Positions 1-12,760 of a stretch of DNA of 64,000 nt are shown here, piece by piece. This stretch comes from Octopus sinensis (Eukaryota). The notes beneath the pieces were generated by a model, which was not told the DNA's origin, did no database searches, and saw only the letters and a list, made by a program, of their open reading frames with translations. The DNA lies in contig NC_043009.1 of NCBI RefSeq assembly GCF_006345805.1, positions 71,920,001 through 71,984,000 on the forward strand. The letters are read 5' to 3'. Each line of letters opens with the position of its first letter. Positions within the stretch are counted from its first letter, which is position 1. The translations under genes and the position numbers were made by a program.

Positions 1-159
1 TGCTTCATGGCATCTTTTGTCACGTTTTCTCTGCCCTAAAATTTATTCAGTAATTTAGTTTCATTTCCTTCTTTTATGAGCCCCAAATCCGTTTCTAAAT
101 TGGTGTGTAATATTTCCATCATAAGCTTCATCTAACCACCAAGTGATTATTCAACCTAC

Positions 160-528
160 CATGGAGGCGCAATGGCCCAGTGGTTAGGGCAGCAGACTTG
201 CGGTCATAGGATCGCGGTTTCGATTCCCAGACCGGGCGTTGTGAGTGTTTATTGAGCGAAAACACCTAAAGCTCCACGAGGCTCCGGCTGTACTCTTTCA
301 CCACAACTTTCTCTCACTCTTACTTCCTGTTTCTGTTGTATCTGTATTTCAAAGGGCCGGCCTTGTCACTCTCTGTGTCACGCTAAATATCCCCGAGAAC
401 TACGTTAAGGGTACACGTGTCTGTAGAGTGCTCAGCCACTTACATGTTAATTTCACGAGCAGGCTGTTCCGTTGATTCGGATCAACCGGAACCCTCGTCG
501 TCGTAACCGACGGAGTGCTTCCATTTCC
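160..528 (+). mobile_element. tRNA-derived SINE, full length, with 11-bp target-site duplication
   Basis: A-box-like TGGCCCAGTGG and B-box-like GGTTTCGATTCC head. ATTCAACCTAC at 149-159 and 529-539. A diverged inverted copy of the same family lies at about 16200-16525. Confidence 0.8.
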
Positions 529-2009
529 ATTCAACCTACTAGAAATAGCAACCAAATCACATTCCCCTAACTCTACAGGATATGTGGACCTGGGTCTACA
601 GTACTTCAGAAAAAGATGGAATAGTCATGGTTGGGATATCTCAGATCACAGGTATGTTTGATCAGAGCTAATATGAGGCTTCACAGTAACAACACCAAAC
701 AAAGGATATTTTCTCATGAATTTTCACTTCCAACCTCCAATAAATTATTAAACTTGAGCATTATGGAATCTATTTTCCATGGTTGAAGAAGACATGTCCA
801 CTTAGTGGTGCAAGCCCAGTTCATCCACTAAACAAAAACTCCTTCCTTTGCCAAAAGACTGACATTCACAACAAACTTGGCTGACATCTGAATCCATCTC
901 GTATATCATCGTAACAGCTATTTCACATAAATTCACAAATCCACAATATATTGAAAAAGAACAAGTGCATCTGGATGGTTTTCATCACCCTGGGCACATC
1001 TTAGACAGGAGTCAATTGCTGGCAGTTCCAACATGGCCATGTCTGTAGAATTATTATTCTCTTGGAACATTATTAGGCTGGAGACTTTGGAAATTGTTTA
1101 AAATCCCTGGTCTACAAGTCTGCCATGAGACTACTCAGCTAGTCCTCTTCAATACCTAGAATTGCTCCAAGGCCAAAGTTACATCTTTCCTTAACCTTCT
1201 AATGAATGCAAGGACTGACTTCTCACCAGTGGTGGCTCATAAAATTAGTTGGGGTGCTGCTTCAGAAAATTTTTAGCTGTTTTAATATTATGTAAAAGGA
1301 AACAAACATATAAAGAAAATTTATACACAAACTTGATTGGTTTGCGTTTTAGCCACAGTCAGGAAGGGTGTTTAATTTGTTCACTGATAACCACTATAAA
1401 TTACTCCTTGTTTTCCAGACACCCCCACTAAATCACAAAATCCTGGCAGCAACACTGAAGCTGGAAGCAGGATAATAATCTAATTCTACACTGTATCACA
1501 TTCAAGAATATAAACATGATTTTAAGCACAAGACATGCAGAGTCAAAAAGAAACTCTACCTTTTACCTGGCACTGTCATTCACGCAGTGCACCCTCTCTC
1601 CTTAGTGTGAAGCTTCCTATCTCGGACATGTGAGCATGCGCACAACAGCCAAACACTTAAGGATTATATAATGTACAAGTATAAAGAAAGAATTAAAGAA
1701 AAAAGGATTCATTATATTGAATGTTATCAATAATGTCGAGTGAAAATAGGGGGTGCTGTAGTTTGGCAGTTCCTATACATGAGCCACCACTGCTTCTCAC
1801 TAACAGCATTACCCAACTTGTTGAACACGATGAACACCTAACAACAAGTCAATAATAGAGGCTTTTAATAAGGGCACGATTTTGGAGTGAGACCACACTT
1901 GAACATGATATCTCAGCATTTAAGAGGTCCTTCTTTGACTGACCTCTGAAAGGATGACAAATAGAGGAGACTCTGGCCAGGTTTGAACTCAGACTGCAAA
2001 GTGATCTTA

Positions 2010-2392
2010 TCTTTTACTTGTTTCAGTCATAAGACTGTGGCCATGCTGGGACACCACCATGAACAATTTGTTTTAATTGAATGAATCAATCCCAATACTT
2101 ATTCTATCAGTCTGTTTTGCTGAACTGGTAAGTTACAGGGGCGTAAACACACTCACAACAGTTATCAAGCAGTGGAGGGGGGACAAACACAGAAACAAAC
2201 ACACACATGCATATATATATATATATATATATATATGGTAAGCTTCTTTTAGTTTCCATCTACTAAATCCACTCACAGAGTTCTGGTCAGCCCGAGGCTA
2301 TATTAGAAGACACTTGCCCAAGATGCCACTCAGTGGGACAGAGCCAGAACCATGTAGTTGGGAAGCAAGCTTCTTACCACACAGCTATGCCT
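2010..2392 (-). mobile_element. tRNA-derived SINE with internal (TA/TG)n tract (family B)
   Basis: Reverse complement reads ggc..agctgtgtggtaagaagcttgcttcccaac...cttgggcaagtgtcttct...(TA)n(TG)n...agtcttatgactgaaacaagtaaaaga. The same family recurs at 8268-8690, 13621-14016, 60688-61047 and 62608-62950. Confidence 0.8.
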
Positions 2393-2781
2393 GTTCACAG
2401 CCATACCTGTAACTAAAAGTCCCATGGTATTTAGTTACCAGAAGGCTTTTAGTTTGGCACTCAACCAATTCTGCCAGCCATTGCTCTTGATATGATTCAG
2501 CTGAGCATCCTTTTATTAAATCTCTTTATACTGAAGCATCAGCAGAAATATGTCATGTGATCATGGCATCATTCTAACATGGCCATATAATTGGAATTAC
2601 TTTGTAAGTTGGAATCATCTAACAACTTCCAACACAACAAAACTATAAATGATTGTTTGAAGAAGAACCTAACTCAAAAAGACTTATATTCTGGTTGTTA
2701 ACTTTGGCATATTTCCTTCATTACATTTCGTAGTAGTAGTAGTAATAATATTAACAACAACAACAACGACAGTTAACTTAC

Positions 2782-2983
2782 TTCCCAGTACTTGGATCAA
2801 AGGCTTCAACAGAATTCAAGTAACTGGATCCATCATGGCCACCAACAGCAAAAATTTTACCTCCAAGCGTAGCAACACCAACTCCTCCCCGGCAACACGA
2901 CATTGATGGCATCAATGTCCAGGAATCTGATGCTGGATCGTAACGTTCCATAGAGTGTAGTGGAGCATTGTCATCAAAACCAC
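2782..2983 (-). CDS. KLHL8: KLHL8 kelch exon (GFDDNAPLHSMERYDPASDSW...GGKIFAVGGHDGSSYLNSVEAFDPSTGK)
   Basis: Acceptor atgtttcag|GT, donor GGGAA|gtaagt; 202 nt, phase 1-2. No terminal W..V....HCRAGAGV-type exon was found in 1-2781, so the gene probably continues left of the window. Confidence 0.92.
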
Positions 2984-3462
2984 CTGAAACATGGTAAAAT
3001 GAAAATAGATAGAATCCACTTGAAGATGGCCTACAAGATAACACAGACATAACACTCATGACCAAGAGTGCATCAGTGAAGGAATTAACCGTTTTGCATG
3101 CAAATTGGGTTAAATTTGATTACCATTAAGACAGAAATATTTGTTTGAATAGACCATATTCACTGTTATAACTTAGCCTTCAGGGATGTCAACCAATTTC
3201 TCTCACATCATAATTTATCATCCTAGATATACTGAAGTAAAGTCTGTAAATCTGGGTGAGTTCATGTATAATGGGGAGATAAGAAAAATGGCACTTTGAG
3301 TGAAGCACTTTGCGAGAGAACACTTGCTTAAAACATCGTTCTAATCATCTTCGTACAGTTTGCTAAATGATTTCTAATGACTCAGTCACCACCTGTTTCT
3401 TTGGTTTTAGTAACTAAATAGCTACTAAATCTGAAAAAAAAGTCACGACCGGGAAATCTTTG

Positions 3463-3562
3463 NNNNNNNNNNNNNNNNNNNNNNNNNNNNNNNNNNNNNN
3501 NNNNNNNNNNNNNNNNNNNNNNNNNNNNNNNNNNNNNNNNNNNNNNNNNNNNNNNNNNNNNN
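3463..3562. other. Assembly gap (100 N)
   Basis: Run of exactly 100 N, typical of a gap of unknown size. Confidence 0.99.
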
Positions 3563-3790
3563 AAGTGGCAAGCCCCATCCTATGCTTTGGTTAAGGCACA
3601 GAATGCAACCCTCAATATCAGCAGCGGGGCCCGACAACATATGTTGGTTTACTCCTGCCGCATCATGCTGGTTCTGTACCCTTTTGAGCAACATCAAATT
3701 CACTCATCCGTCCACAAACACTCTCCAAGCTTTCCTATCATTTATAAACTCTCTTGCTTCTCTCACTCCAACACCTCTAATGAAAAGAAA
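3563..3790 (-). mobile_element. Possible 3' end of an RTE-type LINE next to the gap
   Basis: Minus frame ...GVGVREAREFINDRKAWRVFVDG* resembles the RTE C-terminal DRxxWR motif. Confidence 0.4.
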
Positions 3791-5517
3791 ACAAAAATTA
3801 TAGCTTAGTCAGGAAGAGTCTTGTAGGATCTCCAAGACTAGTAAAAGAAAGGGAATTAGAAAGGTAGCAGAGAGCTGTTTATGAAAATATCGAATTATCC
3901 CCAGATCTACTCCAAAGAAAGAGAAATCCACTAAAGGTACCCAAAACCCTGAAGTGGGTGTTGAACTGGGTGACAGACTAAGTCTGTTTTATGTCTCTGG
4001 TTACAAAAGTTAATGGAAGGTGTAATTATCAACTCTTATCGAAGAATAAATAATAATAATAATAATAATAACCTTTGTGTCGTATTATGACTGGTTGGTT
4101 TATCAACTGCATACAACAGTATTTGAAAGTGAACAGTGATTTCATGAGCAAACGATGAAGCAAAACAGTGCTTGAAATAATTAAAGCCAACCAAATCTGA
4201 TTCTAAGTTAAAGTCAATTGCTTTAGCAAAGGCATGGACGCTACTCAATCTTTTTGCCTGCAGTAAATTTGTGGTTTTCTACCTATACAACTCGCCCTTG
4301 TCCATCAAAATGAATAAAAAAAACTATAACAGTGCTAAGATAGTTTCTTATTGATATCAAGGGAGGTAACTCAGCAGAGTTATTCCCCTTTTTTTGAATT
4401 AGTGTAATGTCATGACAAGAGCTTTCGACCTCGAATTCAAAGGTCGAGACGATAACTCTGTTCACGGATGACAGTAATATCAAATTTCCAAAAAGGAAAT
4501 CTATACGAAAAGAATTATCAATGAATAAATTAAATTGAATTCCCGAATTGATATTACCTAAGATGTTAAACTAATTAATGCTATATTAATCAATTCACAA
4601 CTACAAATAACAGAGTGACAGTAATTTCTTGCATTGTTAGGGAAAGGGTATAAATGTCTAAAAATGACCATAGTATATGACTGGTACTAGCTTTTGGCAT
4701 CAAATACCAGAGATGAAAGGTAAAATTAGCTTTGGTATGATTGAAACTTCATCTAAAGCAGTCCAAGCACTTAAAACAAATGATTTTGTCTGCTACTCTA
4801 CAGCCTAAAATTAGTAATTCCTGATATTGGTACAAGGAAGGACTCCAGAATTCCTTCAGTTAACTCTTGGGTATTACTAGTACCTATTTTGGCATCAGAG
4901 CAAAGTTCATGTGGCTACTCTTGAACCAAAGTCTCATGGATAGTAGCTGTGGATTCTGGAAAAGAAAAACCTGTCTGTGGTATAGGTGCAGGCAAAGGTG
5001 TGCAACTGTGTAGCACCTTAGGCAAGGGTCTTCTAATATCGTCTCAAGTTGATTAATGCCTTGGATAGAATTTGGCAGACAGAAATACTAAGAAGCTCAT
5101 CACACACACAACTACATACTCATATAGTTGTATCATTATCATCGTCATCGTTTAACATCCGTTTTCCATGCTGGCATGGGATGGTTCGGCGGGGGTCTGG
5201 GAAGCCAGGAGGCTGCACAAGGCCCCAATCTGATCTGGCAGTGTTTCTACAGCTGGATGCCCTTCCTAACGACAACTACTCCAAGAGTGTAGTGGGTGCT
5301 TTTTACGTGCCACCAGCACAGTGGCCAGAGGAGCTGGCATCGAACACATTCAGATGGTGCTTTTTATGTGCCACCAGCACGGGAGACAATCAAGGCAGCA
5401 CTGGCATCAGCCACGTTTAGATGGTGCTTTTTACGTGCTACCAGCCTGGGGCTCACAACTACAATTTCCATTTGATTTGATTTAGATACTGCTGTTGATG
5501 TTGCATATATGTATGTG

Positions 5518-5548
<31 letters not shown>

Positions 5549-5994
5549 TTCTTTGTGTCTCTGTATTTATATTTATGCTGCTTAAAACAAGTGATGTTGC
5601 TGACATAACACAACACAACAGTGCAACGAGTACACATTAATAAAATTGGTACCAAATTTTAAAATGATTCTTGGAACCAATATCCTTGACAAAATGCTTG
5701 AAAGTGGTAAACCAGTTTGGCCACAATCCAATTATTGGTAAAAGATTAAATGAATAATGAAAAATTCATATACCATCCTTAATTTAAAATATTCATTTAT
5801 TACTTATTTGAATAATATAAATGATATAAGTGTTGTGTCTCTCGTAGATTATATTCTTTGGTTTCACTGCATAGTTTGCAATTGGATATAAAAGATAGGT
5901 AAGAAGGATGGTAGGTTGGTACTACGGTATTAAGATACAGATGACTATAATGATAATATTAATTGTTTCTACTACAAGTTCATGAGGCGAAATT

Positions 5995-6790
5995 TCGCAA
6001 GGAGGGGACTAGCTGATTACATCAACCCCAGTGCTCAAGTGATACTTACTTTAATGACCTCCTGAAAGGATGGAAAGCAAATTCAATTTTGGTAGAATTT
6101 AAATGCAGAATGTAGAGACAGACAAAATCCTTACGATTCTGACAACTCACATTCATAATGGTAATCATCATCATAATAATAATAATTTATTTCTTTATTG
6201 CCCACAGGAGGCTAAACATGGAGGGGACAAACAAGGACAGACAAAGGATTAAGCCAATTACATCGATCCCAGTGCATAACTGGTACTTATTTAATCGACC
6301 GCAAAATGATGAAAAGCAAAGTCAACCATGGCAAAATTTGAACTCAGAATGTAAAGACAGATGAAATACCTATTTCTTTACTACCCACAAGGGGCTAAAC
6401 ACAGAGAGGACAAACAAGGACAGACAAAGGGATTAAGTTGATTATATCGACCCCAGTGCGTAACCGGTACTTATTTAATCGACCCTGAAAGGATGAAAGG
6501 CAAAGTCGACCTCGGCGGAATTTGAACTCAGAACGTAAAGACAGACGAAATGCCATTAAGCACTTCACCTGGCATGAAAGTTTTCAAATTTTATCAGAAG
6601 GCCAGCAATTTTGAGGGAGGAGCTAAGTCAATTACATCGACCCCAGAGTTCAACTGGTAATCATTTTATCAACCCAAAAAGGATGAAAGCCAAAGTCAAC
6701 CCTGGCAGAATTTGAACTCAGAACGGAAGGATTGGTAAAATGTCACTAAGCATTTTGCCTGGCGTACAAATGATTCTGCTGGGTCAACAC
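5995..6790 (-). mobile_element. Cluster of about 4 adjacent copies of SINE family C (Meta-domain-like core)
   Basis: Repeated block gattacatcgaccccagtgc.taactggtacttatttaatcgacc...gaaaggatgaaaggcaaagtcgacctcggcggaatttgaactcagaa. Further copies at about 7740-8200, 10000-10720, 24330-24545 (+), 26720-27060, 34040-34250, 37455-37670, 46740-46925 and 59110-59520. The Meta-domain resemblance is from memory. Confidence 0.75.
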
Positions 6791-6820
6791 GTTAATGATA
6801 ATAGGAATAGAAATAGTTAC

Positions 6821-6989
6821 TTTCTGTGACGTAACTCCTACACCGCCTCTAGGAACCTTCATGGATGATAAAAACGTCCAGACATCTGTCGAAGGATCAT
6901 ATCGTTCCACGGTGTTGAAGCAGGATGTGTCATCCAAACCACCAATGGCGTAGATTGGACCTCCTAAACAGGCCAGGGCAATTCCACGT
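6821..6989 (-). CDS. KLHL8: KLHL8 kelch exon (RGIALACLGGPIYAIGGLDDTSCFNTVERYDPSTDVWTFLSSMKVPRGGVGVTSQK)
   Basis: Acceptor atattttcag|A, donor AAA|gtaact; 169 nt, phase 2-0. Near identity to the KLHL8 motif RRGIALASLGGPIYAIGGLDD. Confidence 0.93.
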
Positions 6990-7369
6990 CTGAAAATATT
7001 TTACAAGTCAGTTTGATTAGAATCTTTGACAAATATCACAGAAAAATGTTCAATAATAATACAAGCACTGCATCATTATCATCATCATATCACCCTACAG
7101 TTCACATGCAAACAAACAAACCAATAAAGGAACCTCTACATAACCATTCAACTGGCAAGAAACAGCAGTCAACTTCTCTCAAATCATATTCTATTGCCTT
7201 AATCTTTTAGCATTCAGACCAACCATAGCCTCCCCAAATATTCTACCAGTTTTAAGTTAAAACTGGCCACATCTGGCCTCTCACACATCTCAAACAATGT
7301 CTTTCTAAAACTAAGCAATCACATCATGAAAATAAGAGAGATATTCCAACAGAAATAGATGTGTTTTAC

Positions 7370-7481
7370 CTGAGGGATCCCATAGGGGCAATATATGACC
7401 ACTTGTTTTTGACTGGATCAAACACTTCCCCACTGTTCAGATGTGTGAATCCATCATGTCCTCCAATTGCATAAAGGCGAC
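7370..7481 (-). CDS. KLHL8: KLHL8 kelch exon (GRLYAIGGHDGFTHLNSGEVFDPVKNKWSYIAPMGSLR)
   Basis: Acceptor attttacag|GT, donor CTCAG|gtaaaa; 112 nt, phase 1-2. Kelch GG/Y/W signature. Too short for the ORF track. Confidence 0.92.
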
Positions 7482-7906
7482 CTGTAAAATAATTAGCCAG
7501 AAATTAACATTTTTTTTTTTACGTTAAATTGTAATACAAAGTTTTCTTAATTTTATTCATAAATATAATTATTCTCCGGCAGAGGAGGGAGAACAAATTC
7601 TGTAATGGCAGAGTAGATTTGCAGTTTACTCAATATAACACAATTTTAGTAGCAAGCAATTGCGAGGTCAGTACTGTTTCCACTCTGCTACAGTATTTCT
7701 CCAGATGATGAACAATTGCTTCTACTATAGACACAGAGGCTGAAAATTTGAGGGAGCAGGGCATAACTGGTACTTATTTCACTAACCCTAAAAGGATGAA
7801 AGGCAAAGCCAACCTCGATAGAATTTAAACTCAGAAGAAATGGTACTAAGCAATTTGCCTGGCATACTAATGGTTTGGCCAGCTCACAGCCTTATTATTA
7901 TTATTA

Positions 7907-7977
<71 letters not shown>

Positions 7978-8267
7978 AATAATAATAGGTTCAAATTTTA
8001 GCACAAGGCCAGCAAGTTTGGGTGGAGGGGCAAGTTGATTACGACCCCAGTATATGACTGGTACTTATTTTATCGACCCTGAAAGGATAAAAGGCAAAGT
8101 CAACCTCAGCAGAATTTGAACTCAGAATGTAAAGATGATTAAAATGCTGCTAAGCATTTGGCCCAGTGTAGCAACGATTCTGCCAGCTCACCTCCTTGAT
8201 GATGATGATGAAAATATTTCTGGTTGAAGCACAAGGTCACACGGTTGCAAGGACGAGTATTGGTAGT

Positions 8268-8427
8268 AGGCACAGAGACGGCTGTGTGGTAAGAAGATTG
8301 CTTCACAACCACATGGTTTTGGGTTCAGTTCCACTGCGTGTCACCTTGGGTAAGTGTCTTTTGCTATAGTCTCTGGCCGACCAAAGTGGATTTGGTAGAT
8401 GGAAACTGAAAGAAGCCCATCATACAT

Positions 8428-8477
<50 letters not shown>

Positions 8478-8690
8478 GTATGTATGTTTGTATGTATTTG
8501 TTCTCCCACCATCGCTTGACAGCCGACATTGGTGTGTTAACATCCGCCGTAACTTAGCAGTTCAGCAAAGGTGATTTGATAGAAATAAGTACTAGGCTTA
8601 CAAAGTCCCGGGGTCAATTTATTCGACTAAAAGCAGTGCTCCAGCATGACCGGAGTCAAGTGACTGATACAAGTAAAAGAATAAAAGAAA
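8268..8690 (+). mobile_element. SINE family B copy
   Basis: ggctgtgtggtaagaag...ccttgggtaagtgtctt...microsatellite...gcagtgctccagcatg...agtaaaagaataaaaga. Confidence 0.8.
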
Positions 8691-9574
8691 AAGAATATTA
8701 CTGATCCCACCTTGATTTGTATCCAGAATTTAGAAACACAGACTAAATACCACAAGGCATGAAGCCTGACATAATTAATTCTGTTAATGCACGGTCCTAA
8801 TGAAATAATAATGAAGCCACAACAAGCAAATGCAATTAATCTAATCAAGCCTTGTACATGGCTGGCATATATTTTAATCAACCCTTACAAGGAAGGAAGG
8901 CAAGCAAAAGTTGGTCGGCATCATTTGAAGGGGAATCCGAATAAGTTGAAATTAAATAATATAAGGAATTTGATTTTATGCTCAGTTCTTGGGTGGATTT
9001 TAGGTTGAACTGATGACTGTTGTATATTAACTATGATGTCCCTTGTCAACCAGACAAAATAAGCAGTGATAACGACTACTAGCCAATGATGAAGCCATTA
9101 AGCACTTGCCTCATCTACTGGAAATAGTAGCCAATTCTCAGTGAAAGCCCACTCTACTACATTACGAAAAGGCAGGATAGATTGCATTATATCATTCTAG
9201 ATACACCATGTCTGAAATAAGGGATTGACCTAAACGCAGAACAGTTGACCTAAATAAGAAGAATACAATAGCTACAGTAGTAAGGTTCGATCTCCTGATG
9301 AACATGTCTCCAGAGTTGCTTGTTAATTTCAAAGCCATTCAAACATTTGGCTTTTCAGGAGGGGAAACACTGGATTACAAACAATTTTTAACTTGAGATA
9401 CCTGGACTTAACTGATTCTTTATTGTAACAATCCCAGAAGAACAAAAGGTAGGTTAGGTTAATGAGGTATGAACACAAAATGTAAACATCCTAATTAAAC
9501 ATATCTCATTTGATGACATGGGGTAGATATGAATGGACACAGCACACCTGTAGAAGAGAAAACACTGCACTCAC

Positions 9575-9718
9575 CTGAAGCAGCACATACTCCAACATGT
9601 CGTCTGCGAGTATTCATTTCAGCAATTGGAAACCAGGAATTTTTGCGGTAGTTATAACATTCTATACTCTTGAAAGGGTCACCTGCTGCTCCCCGACCCC
9701 CCACACAAAAAAGTACAC
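9575..9718 (-). CDS. KLHL8: KLHL8 kelch exon (GVLFCVGGRGAAGDPFKSIECYNYRKNSWFPIAEMNTRRRHVGVCAAS)
   Basis: Acceptor ttcttgttgcag|GT, donor TCAG|gtgagt; 144 nt, phase 1-1. The peptide carries the KLHL8-type GVLFCVGGRG..GDPF.SIECY motif. Confidence 0.93.
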
Positions 9719-10939
9719 CTGCAACAAGAAATATTCATATTACTATTATTACTACTAACTTTATTATAACTATTATTGTTAGGCAGTATTATAAAAATTG
9801 GTAGAGTAGCACACAATGTGTTATGATATAAAGTTACATCTCTGCATATTGTGAGTTCAAATCTGATGATGGATCAGCTTTATTTTTCATCCTTCTGGGG
9901 TAAAAAAAATACCACTCAAGTACTTGTTTCTTCTGCTGTAATTCCATTCATATTTTGGATGCTTTCTAAGATTATATTTGAGTGACAACTTGTTTTATCA
10001 ACCTCAGAAAGATGAAAGAGAAAGTTACCCTTAGCATGATTTGAACTTACAAAGTAAAGTACATGGTCATTTGTTATATAGCTACAAGGACAAAATTTTC
10101 GGGGCGGGGGCCAGCAAATGATATCAACCACAGTGTTTCATTGGTACTTTATTTTAGTGGCCCTGGCGGGAAGAAAAGAAAAGTTAACCTAAGTGTGACT
10201 TGAACACAGATTGCAATAAACTGGAACAAAAAGTGCTATGTAATTTAATCTGATACTCTAACAATTAATAAGGAAAATGACGATGATTACTACTTTGGAC
10301 ACAAAGCCAGCAATCTTGAAGGGTAGGGTAAGTCAATACCATCAACCCAGCACCTAACGCATACTTTATTTTATCAACCCAGGAGGGATGAAAAGTATAG
10401 TTGACCTTGACGGGATTTGAACTCAAAATGCAAATAGCTAGAACAAATATTGCAAAGTATTTTTCACAACATTAACAATTCTGCCAGCTCACAGCCCTAA
10501 TAATAACATTTCTCTCTACTATAGACACAAGGCCTGAAGTTTGTGGGGAGGGGCTAATCAATTACATTGCCCCCAGCACCCAACTGGTATCCATTTCATT
10601 GACCCCCAAAACGATGGAAGGCAAAGTCAAACTTGGTGAAATTTTAATACAGAATGCAAAAACAAATGAAAAACCATTAAACATTCCCCCCCCCCTCCCC
10701 ACTGTGCTAATGAATCTGTCAGCTCACCATCTTCAATAATAACAGGAACAATGCTGAATTAGTGGACAGAATAGCGCCCAAGAATAATCAACTGTATATT
10801 ACTGCAACTCCATGTCATCATTCAGTGTACCAGGAATAGCAGCCAATTCTCCTTCAAATTACAATCCACCATCGTAAAAATGGGTAAGACACATATTAGA
10901 CAATAGCACAGTCTTTAATATCCTAACCCCACTACTTAA

Positions 10940-11625
10940 AAGAAGAAGGAGAAGAGAAGAGAAGGAGAAGAAGAAGAGAGAAGGAGAAGAGAGAAGAAGA
11001 AGAAGAAGAAGAAGAAGAGAAGAAGAAGAAGAAGAAGAAGAAAGAAGAGAAGAAGAAGAAGAAGGAGAAGAGAAGAAGAAGAAGAGGAGAAGAAGAAGAA
11101 GAAGAAGAAGAAGAAGAAGAAGAAGGAGAAGGAGAAGAAGAAGAAGAAGAAGAAGAGAAGAGAAAGGAAGAAGAGAAAGAAGAGAAGAAGAAGAAGAAGA
11201 GAAGGAGAGAGAAGAAGAAGAAGAGAAGAAGAGACAAGAAGAAGAAGAAGAAGAAGAAGAAGGAGAAGAAAGAAGAGGAGAAGAGAGAGAAGGAGAAAGA
11301 AGGAGAAGGAGAAGAAGAAGAAGAAGAGAGAAGAAGAAGAAGAGGAGAAGAAGAAGAAGAAGAAGAAGAAGAAAGAAGAGAGAAAGAGAGAAGAAGGAGA
11401 GAAGAAGGAGAAGAGAAGAGAGAGAGGAAGAAGAAGAAGAAGAAGAAGAAGAGAAGAAGAGAAGGAGAAGAAGAAGAAGAAGAAGAAGAAGAAGAAGAAG
11501 AAGAAGAAGAAGAAGAAGAAGAAGAAGAAGAAGAAGAAGAAGAAGAAGGAGAAGAAGAAGAAGAAGGAGAAGGAGAAGGAGAAGAAGAAGAAGAAGGAGA
11601 TGAAGAAGGAGAAGGAGAAGAAGAA
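10940..11625 (+). repeat. About 690-bp imperfect (GAA)n/(GGA)n polypurine tract
   Basis: Almost pure A/G sequence. It explains the spurious poly-Leu/Ser/Phe ORFs at 10859-11725 and 10932-11237. Confidence 0.97.
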
Positions 11626-11989
11626 TAAAAGGCAGGATGATCGTGGTTGGAATGCCTTTCCTCATAGGTCTGTTGACCAGAGATGACATAAAACTAAATA
11701 GCAATAAGTAATAGTTATTTAACAACTGTAAAGTTGACTACAGTTGGATTTGAACTCAAATTGTAGATCAACAGAAAAACTTCACAACATTTAAGCGAAC
11801 ATATATTTGCTAACTGATCACCCAGTATTGAATCCTTAATTGCTTTTAGAAGGTTTGCTTGAATATTGTGGCTGTCTTCATCCTATTCTGGCAGAAAACA
11901 AAAAAATTAGATGCTCTTTTACTGGTTTCAGCCTGTGAGCTGTGATCCTGGTGGGGCACTGTCATTTATGGATATCCCTTAGTCCATAT

Positions 11990-12760
11990 CCTTAAGGCTT
12001 CCACAGTCAATGTCAACACAATGAAAGGATGGTCAGGAGAAATTATTAAAATATTAGAGTGGAGATATATAAATGTGTGCTGTGAGCAAGATGTAAGATG
12101 GAGGGAAGCTTCCACCAGACTTTCCATGAGCAAAGAACAAAGGTATAAACTCTTCTGAGTAGGTAGCAGTGATGGTATGGTTTGCATAGGCATACTCTTG
12201 GCAGAGAAATGGATAAAATAATCAAAGTAGTCAGAGAGAGAGAGAGAGAGAGAGAGTGTGTGTGTGTGTGTGTGTGTGTGTGAGAAAGGTTTGTTAAGCT
12301 AAGATGAGTATTAGATAATGCAACAGTAACAATTACCTTGGCATATGTTCCACAAGCTGGACTAGCAAATGAACAGAAAAACAGTTTCTAGGAAGCCCTT
12401 CTTCAGATTATCTCAATACCATAGATGATGTGGTTGATGATTGTAACAGCCATGTTGTGCAGCATATCAATGGATTTCATGGCATGCATGCAGAGTACAG
12501 CTTTGCTTACAGAGATGAGGAGTGAACCAGGCTGTTAGAGTTCTGTGAGGCAAATGCTTTGTTATTTCTGCAACACTAACTTCAGGAAAACTTACCAGCC
12601 ACCTAATCAGCCACCAAGCAGGTGGACACACAAGCTAGATTGACAACATTCTCAACAGAAAATAGGATAGGTATACACTTGTGAATGGAAAGTTCTTTCC
12701 TGGTGAAGAATGTACCCTTTACATAGGTTAGTGGTTAGTGACTTCAGACTAGTCTGAGAT
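11990..12760 (+). mobile_element. Decayed RTE-clade LINE, APE endonuclease region
   Basis: Frames give LKASTVNVNTMKGWSGEI...CCEQDVRWREAS...GILLAEKW...AYVPQAGL...NSHV...RLLEFCEAN...NTNFRK...IDNIL...HRLVVSDF, with stops and frameshifts. Confidence 0.85.

Noticed and set aside
1575-1665. Minus-strand WLLCACSHVRD... as a possible last KLHL8 exon
   Set aside because: Lacks the expected HCRAGAGV motif and a suitable phase-2 acceptor.
10859-11725. 288-aa poly-Leu/Ser ORF
   Set aside because: Antisense translation of the GAA tract; no real coding signal.
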